Shown here piece after piece: positions 57,348 through 64,000 of a DNA stretch of 64,000 bases. This DNA comes from Eledone cirrhosa. Lineage: Eukaryota. The notes under the pieces were generated by a model that was given only the letters and a program-made list of their open reading frames with translations, had not been told where the DNA came from and did no database searches. Each line of letters opens with the position of its first letter. The stretch's first letter is position 1. The stretch spans positions 34,844,001 through 34,908,000 of the forward strand of contig OZ024742.1 in NCBI GenBank assembly GCA_964016885.1, read 5' to 3'. Both the position numbers and the translations under genes were made by a program.

Positions 57348-58651
57348 TCACCGCTTAACATCCATTTTCTACGCTTGCATAGATTAGACGAGTTGTCCCA
57401 TTGTGAGACAAGTCAGATCAGATACACTACTATTTCTAGCGATATTTCTACGACTGCATGTCCTTCCTTACACCAACCCCATTTACAGTATGGACTGGGT
57501 GCTTTTTATCGTGGCACCAAAGGATTAACTGACTGGTTGGGTTCTTTTCCATCTCACCAGCACAACCACCTTACAAAGTGGACCACGGTTTTTGTTGTCA
57601 TGTTACTAAGACGACCACCTTACAGAGTGGGATTGGTGCTTATTTGACGTGTCCCTAATACGGTGACCTTACAGGGTTGACTGGATGCTTATTTGTTGTC
57701 TCACCAACACCTGGGTGCTTTTTGACTTGTCACCAGCACGACCATCATTCAGGGAGGGCTAGTTGCTTAATGGCTATATATATGCAGGTCTTTAAATGTA
57801 TTTATAAACCAACGGGCATAAGACTGAATTTGTAAACCATTATATTTGGAGGTACAGCGGTGGTTATAAGGGTAGCATTGGCAGGGGAAAAGAAGGACTA
57901 CAATCCAAGCATAAAACAGTGACTGAGTTAAGATACTACTGAGTTAATCCTGCTAAACTGCTCAAACCAGCATAAAATACCAACCACTTCTAGGTTGTTG
58001 GCAATGAGAAAATACATAGAATTAATTGCTCCATTTTGACACAAAAATATCCAGTATGGAAAAATTGGTTTGTGACTATATCCCATAAATGTAGCTTTTC
58101 GTGTAATAGTAAACATTGGAATTGATTTATTGAGTGTGTGTGTTTGTGTTTGTGTCTGGTTGCGTGGGTGTGTTTGTGTTTGTTTGTGTGTGTATGTGGT
58201 GGGGGGGGGGGGGGGGGGGTCACTGAATATTATTTATGTTGGTAAAATAATGTGACCATGATCTATTGTCAGCAGATGTGACACTTATAAGGGTAAACAT
58301 ATTGGCATGAAGATTCATGGTTTTCATTGTATGACTACTAAATATTAGTAAAGTCACGTTGTAAGGACATGAGTATAATTTTTGTTAGCGCGTTTTCTCC
58401 TTGAGCACGACATTTTATTTCATGCTGCTTCAGTCAACTCAGTTGGAAAAAATAATGATCTGTACCTATAATTCCAAGGGCATGCTTTATAATACGTTGT
58501 GTCACGCTGAATATCAGGAATATCGTACGATTTCATACGAATGAAACAGTTCTAGTCCTGTAGAAGCCTTTCTATATAAACCTCTGTCGTCACTCTGCTT
58601 ATTTATTGAGTACATTATTTACTCTAGTTAAAGATTCTAATCGGGATCAAC

Positions 58652-58699
<48 letters not shown>

Positions 58700-59109
58700 T
58701 ATATATTTAAAAGAAAAGAGGTGTAACACACAAGTTATTATATATTGGTAAACGGAATAGAAAATGCTGACAAATTGTTCACAGTGAAAAATAGTTTAAT
58801 TAGGAATAAGTGAGAATTAGTAATAGTATTGGTTAGTATTCAGTTTTGGTTTTAAGTTTTACCGGTTGCGCATTTCTAATGCTTTTCAAAAATAATTTTG
58901 AGATAGAGCGTCCTTGATGTTTGCTCAGAGCAAACATCAAGGACTATGACTATATATAAACAACTATCTGGTTGTGGAACCAACCAACCAACCAGAAATT
59001 TATAAGTTTGTAGATTTGTAAATTTATAAATTTATAAATATATAATAAATTGAAGTGAAAGCAACTGGTGCGTGTGTTTCTTATTGGCAACATGACCCTC
59101 CCAAAGTAT

Positions 59110-59158
<49 letters not shown>

Positions 59159-59476
59159 TTATACCATAAACATGCTTTTGTCTTTGCGTGTAATTGTTCT
59201 CATTGGTCCACATAACGATGTATTATCCCCGCTTTTTTCCGTTCATTGCCAAGGAACGTCTTCACGAACCAAAGTATCGTCTTCCTGTTTTCCTTCGGTT
59301 GCAACGTTTTTTTTTTTTAGTTTCAGAAGATCCCGTTAAGGGTGAAAGCACCGATTCTTTACTTAAACTTTAATCTGTTATTTAAAAAAATATTTGCTCT
59401 AGGGTTCTTATTTATTTGATATATATTTATCCTTATCGAGCCCTCTTTGGATTTTAATCTTCATATTTATTATTAT

Positions 59477-59533
<57 letters not shown>

Positions 59534-59542
59534 CATACATAC

Positions 59543-62500
59543 CTATGTGAAACGATCAAAACATACTTTACGAATAACACAAACCTAATTCAAACAAATG
59601 AGGAACCATGTGGCACTGATGCACTAACAACATACAAAATAAAAAACAAATAATACCACAATGGAACACATCACTCAGAGACAGAAAATTCCCCTTCTTG
59701 AAGATGATCCAAAACAACAACAAAGCGGAGATTTATGAAAAATGGCTCAATTCATCCCCATTAATTCTTGCCCGCAAACTACAGATTAAACCCATCCCAG
59801 ATGAACCCGAGACGCAAAGACAACTTAGGGAAAGAATGGCACTGGAACAAATGAAGACGGAAATTGAACTTCTAAAATTGAGAGGTCAAACAAATGAGGA
59901 TAAAATAAAATCCATCGACGAAGAGATCAACCAAGAAATTAACAAAAAGACTCAAGGCCCAGCCTAGAAAAGATCTCTAAACTATTGGATTGCAGCAAGG
60001 AGGAACTGAAATCCCTTCAGTGCTGGGAAAAAAGCGACACTTGCTTCTTAAACTATGGAACAATCTTTCAAACAGAATACGCTTCCAACAACCCCTTCAT
60101 AAAAACAAGAAAACCTAAACGCCACTCATACACTGTTCTACAACCAACCAAAAACACAACCTCCTCCCTTACCAAAAAAAGAAGGCAACACCTAATCCTT
60201 ACCTCTTAACCCAACCGGGCAGCAACTAGGCGGACACCCCTGCAACTCACAAAGAAATAAGAAAACATCACCTCCAGGATGGACATTACAACCTCTCTCC
60301 CACTAGGAGATACCAAGGAAACCTCCATTCTTACAACCCCCCAACCACCACACACAACAAACCCAAACTACTCGATATATTCATCAACGAAGGGCTCCTA
60401 AAACACAACTACCACACATGATATCTAAGGACACACAACCACACACTAAATATAGGGACGCCCTAATCAACCCTCATCCACGAAACCCGAACCTTCAATA
60501 ACAACAGCATGGAACAACACAACACAGGAGACAACCCAACATCAACAACCATCACAATTACTTTAATCAACAAAAAAATAATGAGAAACCTAAAATCTCT
60601 GACAACCCTTTACAGAGAAGGGCTTACCGACAAGGAATACAACTACATCACTGACTTCAAAAGCAAACCCAGCCTTTTCTACGGTATCCCTAAGATACAC
60701 AAAAGCGAAACATAAGTAAGGCATGCAAGGAAGCCAGAGAAATATTCATCAATGTCCCCTCACCCAATGACCTTAAATTAAGACCTATAATAGCAGGTCC
60801 CGCTTGCGAAACCCACCGCCTCAGCAACTTCCTAGGTATCCCGTTAAAACCATTCCCGAAACACATTAAAAGCTACATAAGGGACGACCTTGATATGCTC
60901 AACCACCTCCCCAAAACACTTAATAATGAACATACCCTACTAGTGTCTTTTGATGTAGTCAACCTTTATTCCAATATCCCACACAACCTAGGAATAGAGG
61001 CAATCCAATTCTGGTTAGAAAATTACCCCCAATGCACTACCACACCGCACCATAAAATAATTCGTAATAGAAGGGCTCAAATTTATTTTGGAGAATAACT
61101 ACATCGAATTCGATACCAAATTCTACAGACAGAAATCTGGGACTGCCATGGGCACGAAAACGGCCAACCTCGTTATGGGATACATGGAAATCACCCTCTA
61201 CCGAAAAGTACTAGAAAAATACGGAAACCCCTTCTACCTCTACATAGAAAAAACTGGAAGAGATATCTGGATGATTGTTTCATCGTCTGACATGAAAGTA
61301 TAGAAAGACTTACTGAATTTAAAACACTTCTAAATGGACTCAACACAAACATTCAATTTACAATGGAATACAGCCATGAACAACTTCCTTTCCTCGACAT
61401 CCTTATCAAGAAAACAACAACAAAATAGAAACAGACATATACTATAAACCCACAGAATCCAAACAGTATCTTCCTTTCAACTCATGCCACCCTAGACACA
61501 CCAAAATGCGCATTCCCTACAACCTAGCCAAAAGGATCTGCACTATAGTACCTGATAAATACACATGCTACATACGTCGGGAAGAATTAAAGAACACACT
61601 TATTAGCAGGAATTATACACCATCCCTAATCAACAATGGATTCCAACGTGCCCTAAAACTCAACATCCAGGAACTTAGACACGCCAAACCAAGAAATGAT
61701 TCGTAACTGAAAACTATACCATACATCTCCACACACAACCCCCTTAACAATGAGGCATTCGACACCATACTCCAGAACATACATTTACTTTAAAGAGACC
61801 TAAGAATGAATCAAATCCTTCAAACGCACAACATCATAAAGTGCAAAAGACAACCCAAATCAAAAAAAAAAACATTCTTACACAGGCCAAAGTCCAGCCG
61901 ACCCTTACAATGAACCCTACAGTTAAAAAATGTGGAAGACCTAACTGTGACATAGGTATCAATCTAATAGAGGGATCGGAGTTCTACTTCAAACAAGGAC
62001 AACACTTTACAGTTAAATACAATTTCACATGTGCATCAGAAAACTTGATTTATGTGTTGACTTACTCAGGTTGTCGAGAACACTACATAGGACAGATTAA
62101 AAACAGCCTCCGCCAACGTGTGGCCGTCCATAGATCCCAAATTAAAATACGGGAATACAGAAAGATAGCACTGAGTGAACACATCGCGACCTGCGCATCT
62201 AATGAACAACCCAATTTCAGAATGTTTACCCTCTACAAATTTAAAGACAACGCTTCCTACATCCAGCGCATTAGCAAGGAATCACACTTTATCGCCAAAT
62301 ACGAACCCCTTCTAAATGCATCCACTTCGGACTAAACTAAAGCTGGCACACTTTAAAATTAACATCCTAGACAAATTAACCCTTTGGCAATGTATCCTTC
62401 TCCAAGATTCCAGCAACTTCTGACAACTATATAATGCAGGCCAAGCAGCCACATAGAAACACCCAAATCAGCTAGTCCTTGAGGACTTTCACGAGATAAT

Positions 62501-63112
62501 CGGATAAATAGGAGCATTAAGGTGTCCAACTAAATGCTTTACAATATGTACAGCCCGGTACGTTTTAGCTTTGAATCCCACCAATGTCATCCTTCTTTCT
62601 CATCCTTAATGGGCCCACAATATAGTTGGTTGGTTGCTTTCCCATAATAGAATCGATGAAACCCCTTTTTTCCATTCCCCTGTATCTGGAATTCTCTGCT
62701 GAAGATAGAATTGGTATTTCAGTAACTCTGAATCTTTTTTGTGGCAACATCACAAAGTCAATGGTGATGATTTCTTCTAAGATAAAATACCAAGATAGAT
62801 ATTTTTAGAAACAATCCCCCCCCCCCCCAGTAAACTCTAAGGTCAGCCAACGTTTCAAACCAACCCCAGCTCTTTGTTGCAATTTCTGGGAGTGGCTTTC
62901 ACCACAACATACTTCTCCTTATCCCCTCCCTTCTTCTTCTTCCCTCTCCTTCTCCCTCTCCTCACCCTCTCTCCCCCAACTTTTACCAGTCAAACCAAAA
63001 CATCAAAACTATTACTTCTGTTAGCCCACTAACAGAGAAAGAAGGACAAACACGGATACAGATATGAACTCTCCTTTCAAAATTTGTATGTAAAAATTAA
63101 TAACTTTTCTTC
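59543..63112 (+). mobile_element. Penelope-like retroelement, copy 3 (part of the tandem duplication)
   Basis: Near-identical to copy 1 at offset 20702. Confidence 0.92.
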
Positions 63113-64000
63113 TACGGGGGATTGGCAGTATCGGTAGAATGTCGGACGCCATGCTTTGCAGCATAGAGTTACGCTCCTTTATGGTCTGAGTTCAAATCCC
63201 GCCGAGGTTAACTTTGCCTTTCATCCTTACGGGTTCGATAAAATAAAGCACCAGTAATGTACTGGGATAATTACTGGCCTTGTGCCAAAAGTAGAAACAA
63301 TTATTTGTATAAATATGGAACTTAAATATATTATGCATATCCGCAGTTGTCAATGCATATAATGCTGAAACCGGTACCATTATTAAATGCAGAAATTTCC
63401 TCTTTATAAATAAATATTATTTTGATATTACACTGAAAGAATCTCTTCAGCATTTTCTACTGAAAAAAATCTTTTTCCTTTGTACAATTTTATATATATA
63501 TATATCGACAGTCGATCGACTTTCGTCAAATCGGAACGAGGAATCAATGTTTCCAATGGTCTTTCCAATTGCTAACTCTTTCTATCGATCGCAACTCCAG
63601 GTAGGAGGAGCAACGTGAAATAAAGTGTCTTGCCCAAGCATCGTCCGGTTCGAGAATCGAACTCACAACATCTTGATTCAGAGTCCATTTCTCTAACCAC
63701 TCAGTAACATGCCTTCACATATATATATTCCTTCCGGATACTGTACTGATTGTGTTGTTATTTCTGTTTAACTTTTGCATACACAAAAACAAGATGGCGT
63801 AGGACAGAACAAAGGAGAGGCACAAAAAACAAAGAAAAGAATCCCCAGTCACTGAAGAGGTCACAGAATGTGTGACGAAAGAACTTTGACAATATATAAA
63901 CAACCATCTGGTTGTGGAACCAACCAACCAACCGGAAATTTATAAATTCCTAAATTTATAAATTTATTATAATAAATTGAAGTGAAAGCTACTGGTGCGT

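Overview
AT-rich, repeat-dense animal genomic DNA. The (TA)n tracts, tRNA-derived SINE families and Penelope-like relics suggest an octopus or other coleoid cephalopod, which is inference. Most ORF-track entries are microsatellite artefacts. The only host gene I can reconstruct is a + strand FANCF-like gene with seven coding exons (11063-27159, 966 nt spliced, all GT-AG and phase-consistent). Its first exon is missing and probably lies in or beyond the 200-N gap at 9219-9418. The reading frame is intact except for one in-frame TGA at 14258, in the readthrough-prone context TGA-CTAG, with FANCF-like sequence on both sides. Its introns contain a decayed mariner, a Helitron, MITEs, SINEs and a 5.5-kb 48-bp minisatellite whose recurrent variation is limited to one CpG and its two deamination products. 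From about 32.5 kb to the end there is a near-identical tandem triplication of an ~11.5-kb unit, with a 2.28-kb deletion in copy 2. The unit carries a degenerate Penelope-like RT/GIY-YIG element and a second antisense GIY-YIG relic. Throughout the window, short fold-back elements sit in (TA)n tracts, and many carry minimal hammerhead-ribozyme motifs. All family assignments come from recalled motifs; no searches were run.
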